A stretch of DNA of 62,203 nucleotides from the NCBI RefSeq assembly GCF_000315625.1, contig NW_005434588.1, forward strand, positions 224,558 to 286,760. The letters are read 5' to 3'. Below are positions 12,572 through 25,336 of the stretch, piece by piece. The stretch's first letter is position 1, and each line of letters opens with the position of its first letter. A program made the position numbers and the translations under genes. Source of the DNA: Guillardia theta CCMP2712. Taxonomy: Eukaryota > Protista > Cryptophyta. Below the pieces are notes generated by a model, which worked only from the letters and a program-made list of their open reading frames with translations, was not told the DNA's origin and made no database searches.

Positions 12572-13687
12572 ATGGCGCGCGTGCGAAACTCGATGAGGAT
12601 GGCGGTGGTGCTGGCGGCGTCTTCCTGCGCCATGTCCTTCTCCCTCAACACAGCCTCTCTGCTCTCTCGCTCTTCCGCCCAGCTGACGCTCTCCTGCTCC
12701 CGCAGGTCTCACCTGGTTCTTCGTCAGGCTGGGGGGGCACAGAGACTGAACATGGCACAAACTTTCACTGAGGCGGATACATGGAAGGCAACGGATATCC
12801 CGAAGCTGCTCAAGGAGGCTGCTACTCACTTCCTCGATGACGACAACGTCAAGTTCACCCCGACCAGCGGGGGCGTGAACAACCTGGTCCAGTACGTCGA
12901 CACCAGCGATGGTCAGCGGTATGTGATGAGGATCTACAACAACGGCGGCAACTCCGTGCGCGTCAAGTACGAGCATGCCGTGCTCAAGGAGCTGAACAAG
13001 CAGACCATGTCCTTCAAAGTCCCCGACTACGTGCCGAGCAAGAAGACTGGAGATACCCACGTGCTCCTGTCCAACGGCGCAGAAGCTTGCATGTGCCACA
13101 CCATCCCTGGAGAGCTTCCCAAGTCGGCAGAGCCAGCGAGCATCGGCAGGGCGGCAGGAGAACTGCTGGTGGCTCTGGGCAACGTGAAGATCGAGCTCAA
13201 GTCCCCGACTCCCCCCTACTTCGACATCTACAAGGTCCACCATGCGATCTCGAGGGAGAAATTCTTCGAGGAGATCCAGAAACCCTGGGCCGACAGCTGC
13301 AAGGAGTCGATGAACATCATGGTCCAAGAGTTCGAGAGGATCGAGAAGCGCCTGGAGGAGCTCAAGTCCCAGAACCTCCCCTTCCAGCTCATGTGGGATG
13401 CCCTTACCGTTCTCCTCCCCCCTCCCCACCCGCCTCTCTTACCTCCGCCCCTTCCCTTATCCTTGCAAACTGTGCAGTTCTCCTTTCCATCTCCTCTCTC
13501 TCTGCGCTCTTTCGTTGTTGCTCATTCTCCTCCATTCTCTCCTCTCCTCTCACCCCTCACCCTGCTCTGACTCCCTCTGAAGCATTTGTGTCTGCCTGCT
13601 CCCGCTCCTCCTCCTCCTCCTCCTCCACCACCACCACCACCACCACCACCACTTTTTCCTCCTGTTGCTGCTCCTCCTCCTCCGAGT

Positions 13688-13745
<58 letters not shown>

Positions 13746-14943
13746 CTCTCCCTCCCCTCCACTCACACATTGCCGGCAGCCACGGCGATCTTCACTTTGA
13801 CAACGTCCTCTACGACGGAAAGAAGGTGACTGGTCTGCTGGACTTCGAGTTTGCTGCGGAGGACTGGAGAGCAATGGAGCTTGCTGTCTGCCTTTCCAAG
13901 GTAGGAGAGGAGGAGAGGAGAGGAGAGGAGATGAAGGGAAGAGAGGAGAGGAGAGGAGAGGAGATGAAGGGAGGGGAGGGGAGGAGAGGGGAGGAGAGGA
14001 GAGGAGAGGAGATGAGAGGAGAGGGGAGGGGAGAAGCAGTTAGAAACAAGGCTCAGGACTGGGGGAGCTGACATGCATGTTGGCTCAGTACGCTGCGGAG
14101 AAAGATCCCTTTAACCTCATGGACTCGTTTGTCTCTGGATTTTGTGAGTATGGCGAGCTGACAAGGAAGGAGGTGAAGTGATGTCTCCTGCCCTTGCTCC
14201 TGCTCCTGCGCCTGCGCCTGCTCCTGCGCCTGCTCCTGCGCCTGCTCCTTTTCTTGTTGTTGCTTATGCCAACAGACAAGAATCAAGTTTGCTTTCTTCG
14301 CTCTCTCTGTCTGTAAGAATGTTTCTGATTGTGATTTGCAGGTGGAAGGAATTCCTGATATGATCAACCTGAGGATCATGTCCAATGTACTTTATTTCAT
14401 CGGAAGAGCTCTTGCCAAGGTACGGATGACGACGATGAGGAGGATGACGATGAGGATGATGAGGAGGATGACGATGATGATGATGATGATGATGATGACG
14501 CTTCAACTAAGATTGCGACTGATTTGACATGTCTTATCTCGCAGGAGGACACCATCGAGGCTCTGACGTCCCGTGCTGACATGTACGCTGAGAGGATCCA
14601 GTGGGTCAATGCGAACAGACAGGTGAGGAATCTTGAAGTTACATTTCCCCTCCTCCTCTCCTACTCTCCTTCAATTACCTTCATGCTTTCTGTCTGCTCC
14701 GTCTGGCCCTCTTACCCCCTCCCCTCCCTCGGTCTCCCCTGCTATTCAGTGATCTCCTTTCCTGCCCTCTCCTCTCCTCTCCTCTCCTCCCCTCCCCTCC
14801 CCTCCCCTCCCCTCCCCTCTCCTCCCCTCCCCTTTCCTCTACCCCCTCTCTCCTCTATTCTAGACTTGTCTCGTCAAACTATCATCAAATCTCTCTCCTC
14901 ACCCATAGAGAAGAAGCTCGCCGACAAGGCCTGGAAGCTCTGA
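12572..14943 (+). CDS. Plastid-targeted aminoglycoside-phosphotransferase/homoserine kinase type II-like protein
   Basis: Exons 12572-13392, 13780-13900, 14089-14172, 14342-14419, 14545-14622, plus a last exon at about 14878-14943 whose acceptor is imperfect. APH motifs: GGVNN, YVMRIY, IHGDLHFDNVL, LLDFE. The leader is a signal peptide (..AMS-F) followed by an S/R-rich transit peptide. Confidence 0.8.
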
Positions 14944-15425
14944 TAGCATAAAGCATGCGCAACACATGCACGAGTTGGAGATGAGGAAGGAGACGGAAAG
15001 AAATAGGGGAAGGGGAAGGAGGAGGGAAGGAGGGGGGAAGAAAGGGAAGGAGGAGGAGGAGGGGGAGGAGGAGGGAAGAAGGAGGAGGGGGAAAGGAGGG
15101 AGGGAGAAAGAGGATGGAAGGAGGAGGAGGAAAGAAGGGGTGGGGGTAGGGGAGGCGCGGGGTGGTGTAGAAGGGAGAGAGGAATGGATTGAGGGCGGGT
15201 GAGGGAGGTTTGAAGCCACAGAACTACTTCCGGACGAACAAGAGGAAAACTCACAGACACGAAGGAAAAGAAGTAGAGGGAGGAGGAGCAGGACGAGGAG
15301 GAGCAGGACGAGGAGGAGAGATTGAAGGAGGAACAGGAGGGGGAGCAGGAGGACGAGGAGGAGCAGGACTGGAAGTAGGAGGGGAAGGACTGGAAAGAGG
15401 AGCAGGGGCAGGGGCAGGAGCAGGG

Positions 15426-15469
<44 letters not shown>

Positions 15470-15549
15470 AGGTGGTGGTGGTGGAGGAGGAGGAGGAGGA
15501 TCATTGTATCACTTTCACTGAATTCATTCAAGTCACGTGCCTTTCACCC

Positions 15550-17663
15550 CTAGAGGCCGAAGAGAGTTTGACCCTGAGCAGCCGTCAGACATCAGACCAT
15601 CCGCCTCCGCAGCTCCTGCCCCTCCCCCTGCTTCTGCTCCTTCCGTGCTTCTGCTCCTTCCGTGCTTCTGCTCCTTCCGTGCTTCTGCTCCGAACTCCTC
15701 TACTCCCCTCTCCTCGCTCTGCTCCTTCCTGCGCGTATCCTTCTTTCTTCCTCCCCTTCATGGCCTCAGCCTATTTGTCTTCGCCCTGCACTCCTCTCCT
15801 CCATTTCCCTGCCCCAGTACCTTGAGGTTAGCCTTGCCCTTGATCGATCCAATCTCCTTCTCCTTCTTAGAAAGCTGCGGAAAATTCAGCCCCTCCTCCG
15901 CCTCCTCCTCCTCCTCATCATCATCATCATCAATATCATCATCATCATCATCAACCCCTCGTCCTCCCCCCGTCCCTGCTCCTGTTCAGTACAGAGGCAG
16001 CATACCTCTTCCTCGGCCTTCTTCACAGCTGCCTCAGCTTCAGCAGCCTTCTTCAGCAGCTCATCCTGTAGCTCACCCGTCAGCTCACTCCCTCCTTCCC
16101 TCTCCTCCTCCTCACCTTGTTCGCAGAGTTCGCCTTCTTGGCAGCCTCAGCCTGCTTGAACTCTCAGCGATTCGCTTCCGCCCCCCCCTGCTCTCCTTCT
16201 CCTCCTTCTCTCTCTGTCCTCCTCTCCTCCCCTCCCCTCCCTTCCACTCCTTCCCCTCCCCTTCCTCTCATCTTGCTTCACCTTTGCCTGGGCCTCAGCC
16301 TGAGCCTGGACAAGCGAGCGGGTCAGAGTGAACGAGAGAAAGAAGGACCACAACAAGCAGCTGCAGCAGCCAGGCAGGAGGGAAAGCAGAACAGAGAGAG
16401 GAGGGAGAAGCTAGACAAATATGAAAGGATGGTGGTGGTGGTGGTGGGGGGGGGGGGGGAGCACGAACAGGAACATAAGGAGCTGTAAAAGGTGGAGGGT
16501 GGTGACGAAGGAGGAGGACGAGGGAGGTAGGGGAGTTATAGAGAGGTTACCTTATCAGCAGCAGCCTTATCAGCAGCAGCCTTCTGTGCAGCCTTCTCAG
16601 CAGCAGCCTGCGATTCACGATCATCCAACTCCTCTCCTCTGATTCTTCCCCTCCCTCCCTTTCCTTCCCTTTCCATCCCCTCCCTCCCTTCGCTTCCTCT
16701 CCCTCCCTCCCAGCCTACCTCTTTGTTTCCACCTTCCTCCTCCTCCCCTGCCACCCTCACATCCCTCTTCCATACTCCCTCCCCCACCATAAGCCCTTCC
16801 CCTTTCGTTCACCTTGTCCGCAGCAGCCTTCTGAGCCGCCTTGTCAGAAGCAGCCTGCAGGAGTGTCAAAGAGGAGGAGGAAGAGGAGGAAGAGGAGGAG
16901 GAGGAGGAGGAGGGAGGAAGGAGAGGAGAAGAAAAAGAGGAGGAGGCGGGGGAGGAGAAACCTTGTCAGCGGCAGCCTTGGCCTTAGCCTGCGAGTTGCT
17001 CAGTTAGCTTTGACTTGCTCCTTCTTACTCTTCACCTCAGCATCAGCCTTGGCTGCGCTCTGATCAGCAGCAGGAGCCTTGGCAGCAGGAGCAGGAGCAG
17101 GGGCAGGGGCAGGAGCCTTCACTGGAGCAGGGGCAGGGGCAGGGGCTGAGCCTCCCTCATCAACGAACGCTCCAAGGGATCGAAGCTTGCTGATGTCAAC
17201 AGCAGCATCTGCAGGCTGCAAGCAAACAAATACATCAATCATCCACCTCCTCCTCCCTCCCTTCTCTCCCTTCCATTCCTCCCTCCTTCCCCTTCCCCCC
17301 CTCCCCTCCTTCTCATTCTCTTCTCTCTCCGTCCTCTCCCCTTTGACTTTTTCCTGTCTGACTCCCCAGTCCAACCTCCCTCCTCCCTTCTCCCTCCTCA
17401 CCTTCAGCGCAAAGGCAGCAGCAACGGCTGGGGCAAGGCCGAGAAGAGAACGACGGGAGACCTCTGGCTTGGCATCGTCCTTGGCCATGGCCATAGAGGA
17501 AACGCCAGCTCGCTGGCTGCGGAGGCCGTTGAGAGCAGGAGTAGCAGGAGACTGGGAGGGGGGAGATATCAGCAAGCAAAAGCTGCGTCACTCTGCTTAC
17601 AAAAGCGTCGGCGGACCCTGCGGCAGCCAGGGCGACAGCGAGTGCGATCTTTGGGCTCCACAT
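15550..17663 (-). CDS. Predicted thylakoid-lumen (Tat) Ala/Lys/Pro-rich coiled-coil protein built from phase-0 micro-exons
   Basis: Signal peptide MWSPKIALAVALAAAGSADA-F, then a transit peptide, then RRSLLGLAPAVAAAFALKPADA (twin-Arg plus AxA). Short exons follow: AKAKAAADK, AASDKAAQKAAADK, AAAEKAAQKAAADKAAADK, AQAEAQAK, AEAAKKANSANK, DELLKKAAEAEAAVKKAEEE, LSKKEKEIGSIKGKANLK, AEAMKGRKKEGY and GQTLFGL*. Confidence 0.75.
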
Positions 17664-19230
17664 GCTGGCAATGAAAAAAGATCAGCACAGATGCTGGTAA
17701 GGTCTGATGACGACGAAACTTTAGGGAGGTCAGGAGGAGGAGGAGGGAGAGTACCGGCGAGAACAGGGACCACAGCACTCGTGAAAATGGTCCCAGCAGG
17801 GAGAATATTGACAGACAGGCAGACAGATCAAATTGCACAGATAGACATATCAAAGTGGACCAAAACGAGGACTTTGTTCTATCTACACCTCTGGCTTTCT
17901 TGAAGAAATCCCAACTTGAAACAATGCTGCTTTTGACCTCGTTTCGTAGTTTGAGAACTTACAAGGGAAATTCAATCGAATTACAAAATCAGACAGGAAA
18001 ACCCTTTGAAACATGTACAACATAAACTCAAATCATTTTTTGAGACATCAAAACAGCAATCCAACAAAACAATTCATCGCAAATCAGCCCAGTCAAGAAA
18101 TGTTACATCGTTTTCACTCTGAAACCGCAGTGATGTCGGGGCTGGTCGAACATGTGAGATCAGACAAGGAGACGTATGCACGAGCTTGCTTCAGTGAATG
18201 AAACACAAGAGGAGGGAGGAGAAGGGAGGAGGAGAAGCCTTCTTCGGGACAACAAGGACGAAATTTCTTCCGTTTCCCCTCTGCATTGTGTCTTTCTTAG
18301 TCGGTTCTCCCGTACCCCCCACACCCCCCGATTTGAGCTCGATTACACCGGTGCTCATAGAACTACCCACGTTCTGGATGTAATGGATTTTACGACCCCC
18401 ATTGAGATCCCTCTGGTTCAATGACCGGTATTTTACCCAGAGAATCTTTCCTAAATGGACCGGTATCTATTAAAATCCTACCACCCTACCCTACCGCTCT
18501 CCACATTTTCTCATGACCCTTCTCTTAAATGTAGAAAGTGGCGGGCCATCCCTCCCGGGCCCTGAATGGCGGGCCATCCCTCCCGGGCCCTGAGCTGGTG
18601 GCGCCAGTGGTGGCGCCGTCCGAGTCCCGGTCCAGGCCTGAGGGTGGCGTCGCCCTGTGCGTCGCAGCCTGCGGGCCGGCCCGGGGACTGGCGCCACCTG
18701 CTGCCCTTCCCCCGGCCCCGGGCCGGAACGCGCTCACCGTCGAGTTCCCGCGGTCAGGCTGCCCGGCCCCCGACCCGGGCCGCATGACTCAGTGATTGTC
18801 AAAGTCACGCCCGGCGCGCTCAGCTGTCCGCCGGGCCCGGGAGATACTGAGTCAGCCTCAGAGAAAAGTACTAGGGAAGGAGTAAGGCAGAAGAGTATAG
18901 TGCTCTGGGGGTGACTGTGACCCAGGGACAGTAGAACAAGGGCTGAAGAGTTGTCTCCAGAATAACAAGCAGTGATGGTGGCGTGACAGGGAAGGGAGAG
19001 GAGAGGGAGAGGGAGCGTAGTAAGATCATGCAGCTCAGCAAGTGAAGAGCTGGAGATGTAACAATATACACTGACGAGAAGAAGGATCAGGTGACATCAT
19101 GCGCGAGCGGTTTAGGAAAAGCCTTGAATGGATTGAAATGAACTCGAGCAAACTTCATGACGTGTTCTTGACACTGTCGTTGACACCTTTTCTAGCAGAG
19201 GGAGAAGCGTGCTTTCAAGGCTTCTAGATC

Positions 19231-20336
19231 ATGGTGGACTCAAACGTCAAGATGCAAGTCGCATACGCATCAGCGATACTCTCCGTCTTGTGTCTCGGCC
19301 TTATCTGTATGAAATTCGGCAATCAGCAGAACCCTTCAGAACAGCTGGAAGTGTTTCAGAGGAGCGTGAGAGGTCCGAAGGGAAGATGGGGGGTTCAGTT
19401 GCTTGTTCCTTACAGCAAGGCTAGGAAGCAGTCTCTCTGGGGCGGAGATGGTCTGGTTACCACTGGGGACTACGTAGATGGTAGGAAGACGGTTCCTGGA
19501 CTGCATACCGATTGCATCCCTGGAGTGCTCAGGTCGGATTGCTCTCCCGCACAGGAGGACGGTGCATGGAGCAAGGAAGCAGCAGCATACATCGACCGGC
19601 ACACCAACGGCAAGCACTCCCAGACGAGTGAGCTTATGATGGGGTCCAAAGAGTGTGTGAGCTGACGTGTGGACAGTGGACGTCCTTCAGAAGAACGTGG
19701 ACAGGGCGTTCAAAGCCAGAGACGACTTCCTGAACGCGTGCCTGAAGGACTGGAGGAACTGCAACAAGCCTGCCGAGGAAGTGACGGGCTATGACGACCG
19801 CATCGATGACCAGAATGAGGCTGCTACCTTCGGGATCCAGTAACTTGCCAACTGCCCTCCTTCCTGTCTGACACTCCTGCCGCTCAAGGGGACCAGCGAC
19901 GACGGACCCATGGGCGTTCAACTACGGGAAGCCAGCGCTGAAGGATGCCGGAGTTCCTCCTCCTGAGCAGGTACGTGCTCGCCAGAAAAATTCTCTTATC
20001 TGCTGTTCTTGCTGGTGGTCACGCCGCCCCGACAGTACTCGGAGTACAACCCCAGGATGAGCGACGGAGCATGGAACGACGTTCCTCTACCGTCAGGAGC
20101 GGTGGGAGGCTTATAACCTTGCTCGTGCGTCCCCCTCGCTCACCGTGCTTTGAACCTCCGGCAGAATGGGGACGGTCTGCTTACCTCGACTGCATACTAT
20201 GCGTCCGATGTAAGTCTTTAACGTTCTGGCGCTCCATTTGGCTCCTCCTCCTCCTCCTCCTCCTCCTCCTCCTCCTCCTCCTCTCCTTCTCAAGCTTCTT
20301 TTTCTTCAGGGAGATTATCCTGGCAAGATCTACTAG
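19231..20336 (+). CDS. Hypothetical single-pass (type II/signal-anchor) protein, multi-exon
   Basis: N-terminal hydrophobic segment (AYASAILSVLCLGLIC). Phase-consistent GT-AG exons give MDVLQKNVDRAFKARDDFLNACLKDWRNC..., GPATTDPWAFNYGKP..., YSEYNPRMSDGAWNDVP..., NGDGLLTSTAYYASD and GDYPGKIY*. Confidence 0.65.
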
Positions 20337-20668
20337 ACAGCCTCGAAGTGCAGCCGTGATGCGAGCAGTTGAACGGTTATTGCCCGTTGCGGTACCACCT
20401 CGACTGTCCGCCGGATTGGACTTTTAAAAGGAGGCTGTTTCGGTGAAAGTCTCACTCACCGTTCGTCAGCACAGGCCATCCGTGACCCAGTCACAGTGGG
20501 TCATCACCAATCCTTTCAGTCACGGGCTTCAAGGCTTCAAGTTTCAAGACGTCACAAGGTGCCAGTGGCCACGTACTACCGTACGGTCGGTGACCGTGGC
20601 AGCCATCGCTCTCAGTATAGTACCCGTGCCGGGCGGGCTGCCGCGGTAGTACTGATGAAAAGAAGATC

Positions 20669-22572
20669 TCACGCCGTGGTTGGTAATCTATCTATGCCGT
20701 AAGTCTTGATGAAGAACTCTTGCATGCTGTAAACTTCCTCCCTCGCCTTCTCTGCGGATCATCGGCAACTCAGTTAGCACAACGCGGCAGCAAGTAAGTT
20801 TCCAAAATCTGAGGCTCCACATCTTGATCAGACCCGCTGCATTCTCCTAACTGTTCCGAACCTCGACAAGTGCCACTCTCCCTCACACGGCGAGGACTCA
20901 CCGGACAGCGCGACTTGTGCTATCAGCATCTCGGCTGCTTGCTGCTTAGGATCAGGGACGCAAGCAACAGGATGAGGAGAATTGACCTTCTGCGATGGTT
21001 CTGAGTAGAGGGAGATGAGAACGAGAGGGGGGAGCCCTGTAGGGGAAAGCGTCACAATCAGTCAAGCATGCTCGTCGCCCTGCTCTCTCCACCCTCCCCT
21101 CCTCACTGCGCCTCTACCCTCTACTCGACCCTCCTTGTTCGTTACCTCCGAGGGCGAGGAAGAGCTCCTGTAAGCTTCGCCTCGCGCACAGTCTTCGGAT
21201 AACCTGAGTGCAAGAATGAATGCAGCGTATATCAGCATAGTGGCACCAAGTTCCCTCTCCCTCCTCTTCTTCACAGTCTTCTCTTCATCCTGCCCTTCCC
21301 TCTTTTTCAGCTCACAGCGAGAGCAGATCCCTGAACTTCTCTCATTGAAGGCGCCTCCTGCCATTTAGAAATCGTTTCCTCCTGCATCCGGCCACTGTCA
21401 TCATTTCGCTGCTCTTCCATCACAGCAGCTTACACTCTTCTTCCTCCCCTTTGCCTTGCTCGACATGAATGATAAGATCATGCTCGAATAGCCATGGCCT
21501 GCAGGCAGCAGCGAGTGAATCAATAATCCCTCTGAATTCCGCCCCCTTCTTCCTCCTCCTCAATCCTCATCCGTCCTCCCCGCTCCCCTCGCTCCTCCAC
21601 GCAGCAGCTCTGCTCACTCAAGATCTTGACGAGGATCGGCATCAATATCAGCTCGTCTGCCTCCTCTGTGCCCGCGTCTCTTCCAAAGGGGATCTGCTCC
21701 GCCTGCAGGGAGCTGTCATACGTCTTGTGCTGCGCTACCGTGACACATGAAAGACAGCGTACAAGTGCTGCAGAGATTTCTTTGATCTCGGGATCGTCGT
21801 ATCGGTCCACAATGATCCATAGGATTCGATTCAAGCGCAAGAGAAGCTCCTGTAGGAAGCAGGGCACCGTCATGACACCAAGCGCAAGCGGCACGACACA
21901 GAGCGAGGACCCACAAGGTACCGCACGAAGTGAGGAGGAGATGAAACGGTCTTACCTCGCTCCCAGCCTCCTGACTGATGCACTCGTATCCCAGGAGCAG
22001 GATGACTTGGATGGAGAGCTTGACGATGTCCAGAGGGAACTTGAAGCTTACCCCGTCCTCCTCGGAGATGCTCACGAGGTCCATCAGGACATGCAGCACG
22101 TTGGAGGAGACGAGGTCGTTCTTGACTTCCCTCAGGAACCTCTGCAAGGCGTTGGTCAGGTCAGACAGCAGCAGAGCACACTACGCGCGAGCACCTGAGT
22201 CCCCTCCTCCTCGTCGCCTTCAATATCGCTGGTAAGTGTTATTGCCAGCATCAGGGCTGCTTTCAAGATATTCTTCTCGGTTTTGCGCCGCAGGAAGAAG
22301 ATTAACCCTCTCGGCCCAACGATCTGCCATGTCTCTCTGCGAGCCTGCACGTCTGTCCTGCACAGATGAGTGACGAGCGACAGGCTGGACGTCACGTTCC
22401 TCTCGTTCTCCTTGTTGAACTCTGACACGCTCATGGAAACTGCCATCTTGATGAAGCCGGCAGCGCAGATCACGTCGTTGGAGCGGTCGTCCTCCATAGC
22501 AGCGAGATCTCTCATCTTCACTACCGCTCTGCTGAAGAGCTCGTCCACAAATGGTAGGCCCTTCTCGTCCAT
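20669..22572 (-). CDS. Hypothetical helical (possibly ARM-like) protein, multi-exon
   Basis: Coding-like exons (MDEKGLPFVDELFSRAVVK..., RFLREVKNDLVSSNVLHVLMDLV..., ELLLRLNRILWIIVDRY...) separated by short GT-AG introns. The 3' end is approximate. Confidence 0.5.
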
Positions 22573-22806
22573 GCTGCCGCCTCCCTCAGCGCCACACAAC
22601 GGCAGCAGAGCTCACTGCTTGACCGTACAACTTAGCTTCCAGCGCGCGCTCTCAAGACACAGGCACGCGCACATGGTGCGTCAGAGGTGCTGCTCGCATC
22701 GAGCCTCTCTGCCTCCCCTCATCGCAAGACGTGTCGGCGAGCGCTCGCGTTGCCATCGTGGGTCAAGAAAACAATTGACAAAGTCCCTCACTGTTAAGTT
22801 AAATGG

Positions 22807-22846
22807 TTTACTCAATGTTAAGTTAAAAATCAGTACGAAGATAATT
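22807..22846 (+). repeat. Copy of the dispersed AT-rich ~45-bp element (TTTACTCAAWGTTAAGTTAAAAATCAGTACGA)
   Basis: Matches the reverse complement of 40960-41004 and 41075-41119, and the copies at 56971 and 57033. Confidence 0.85.
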
Positions 22847-23726
22847 GAGGGGTCTTTGCCGATCGTGGAGGGGCCTTCTAGAGGGGTCCGTTAAGCAGGG
22901 CTCTGAGTGAGTGAGGGGTCCTTGGATGGTGTGGAGGGGGTCTGGTGGGGGGGTCCGATCCTTGCCGCTGGTGGGCCGGGTTGAGGGGGGGTTGAGGCCC
23001 TGATGCAGGGGGTCTGGTGGGGGGGTCCTTGCTGCAGCTATTTCTGGTGGGCTGCAACATCGCTGCACGAGCGACATCGCCATGGGATGTAGTCTCATTG
23101 TCATGCAGTGGTCTGTGACTACCCCTCAGAACTCCTGCAACTACCCACCCCATCCCCATTGTTTCTTAGCTCAAAAAGAGACTACATGGCGTGTAGCTGG
23201 TGGTGTAGAACCACTCCATGAGTAACCCACCCTATCCCCTCCCATTGGCAGAACGTTTTATCACCGAAAGGAGGGGTCCATTTTACCATTTTGTAGCGTC
23301 ATGACATGGGTAGGTATACCACCCCTCCCCCTAGCAATTCGATGAAATAACAAACCTGATTGAAAACTCTGGAGGCAGCCTTGCACAAGATGTTCTCCTG
23401 CAGTCCTTCGACATGCGCTTGCAACCCCCCATGCTCCCCACTCACTCACTTACCACACTCTCTGATGCAAGACCATCCCTCTTGCCCTCCGCATTCAGAC
23501 TATCTCGACTCCCTCTTTCATGACAGTGCCTACCACAACAACATCATGCAAGGAAGCAATGGATGCGCAGTGCTAGAGTTGATATATGCTTTATCGGACG
23601 TGTAGTCGATCAACCCGTCCAAGCGTCAGTCTATTTTGTTGACAACGGGCTGCGACTACAAAATGACATGTACAGATCCAGTAATTGTAAAATTTCAATG
23701 CAATAAAGCTCCCGAAGTGTATCCCC

Positions 23727-24705
23727 GCAGAATCGAAGCTGATACACCACATCCGACATTACATGTCGTATCAAAAGATGGCTACGATTGACGAGGTACC
23801 TGAGCATTCAATCAAAGTCTTGCAAGCCCTCGTTTTCACAGGTGAGCAGTTGTATAAATGTCTAACACAGCAGTGGGAACGCGGCGGAGAGCATTTACAA
23901 AGAATGCTTGCCCAGGCAACTCAGCTGGATCTCATAAAGGTAAGAGGTGCAAAGAACTTGTGGGAAGCAAGACCTTGCACGGTGCAATTCTCTCTTTACA
24001 GCATGGAGACTCCCAATGGATCTCTTGTACCAAACTATCGGCGTCTTCATATAGAACAGTCCGAGTCTCACTTCATGTTGAACATCATTTTTGTCCAGCA
24101 GGCGATTGTGAAGTACACATCACTGCACTTATCCTTTGTAAGATTAGGAGGAGTTGCCTTTAGCCTACACTGTAGACGTCTGCAGCACGTAATCTTTGGG
24201 GCGAGACAATAGAATCGTATTGAGCCTGCGTGTTGTTTGCACAATACTGCTTGTCATCCCTCCAAATGTCTTTACTGACTCTAGCTTTTTCCATACTGCT
24301 CCGGCTAGCTTTCGATTCGGTGAAAGGAAACAGAGGTTGTCCAGCACTCACAAACAACCTATTCGTGAAAGTACAGTTCTTCATAATCTCACTCATCATC
24401 GGAAGCGAAGAAAGCATTCATGAAGAGCACACACTAGCCTTGCCCACATCGGGTTGTCTGTTGCAAGGAAGCAAGAAAAGTCATGTTGCGAAGTGATGTT
24501 GCAGGCAATGGAGAGAAACTTCAGGCGGCCTCAGTATATGTTAGGGTTTCGGAGAGTATACTCGGCAGATTCGAAGCTGATACACCACATCCGACATTAC
24601 ATGTCGTATCAAAAGATGGCTACTGTGATGGACGAGGTACCTGAGCATTCAATCAAAGTCTTGCAAGCCCTCGTTTTCACAGGTGAGCAGTTGTATAAAT
24701 GTCTA
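23727..24705 (+). repeat. ~140-bp direct repeat (23727-23864 and 24565-24705), probably a duplicated exon of an unresolved gene
   Basis: Near-identical sequence with a 3-nt indel. Both copies are bounded by cag|a..tcgaag and acag|gtgagc, and encode SKLIHHIRHYMSYQKMAT(I/VM)DEVPEHSIKVLQALVFT. Confidence 0.85.
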
Positions 24706-25336
24706 GCAAATCAGTGACGACGGGGGGACGACGGGGAAGCAGCACATGCAGCAAGGCGAATGGTCATGGGGGAAAGAGAGCATGCATATTGTGCATTTGA
24801 GTGATACAAATGCTTGATTAGATCCATCCTTCCAGACACGGCGCCTGCTTCCCGCTGCCTTGGCTTCAATTGAGGACTGATCTGTTGAATAACGCCATGC
24901 TTGTTTGACCTTGTAGGAAATACGAACAGTGCATGTGCAGTGAAAAAGTGACCGATGAAAGTTAGCAGGCTGCAGATGTTGTCGAGAACGGATTTCTCCA
25001 GAGAATAGATCTGGACCAACCCCACCTTGATAGTTTTTCACCTCCCGCATAATTGCAGGTCATCATTATTCCCAAAGGCTTCTGTGTACCATATCGGTGG
25101 GCATCGTAGCACAACCTTCCGTCGGCTGAGTTGAGGAGACTGTTGCATCGATGCATCTAGGAAGATACGAACTACTGCCAATCCTGTTTGCAAGGAAATC
25201 ATATTGAACGCATAATCAACTTTCATTACAAAACTCACAAAAAGAGATTAATAATCCATGAGCTCTACCATCATTTACAACTGAACTAAACATAGAAATA
25301 ATTCATGATGTCAAGATAGCTTCCTTCATCTACCGC

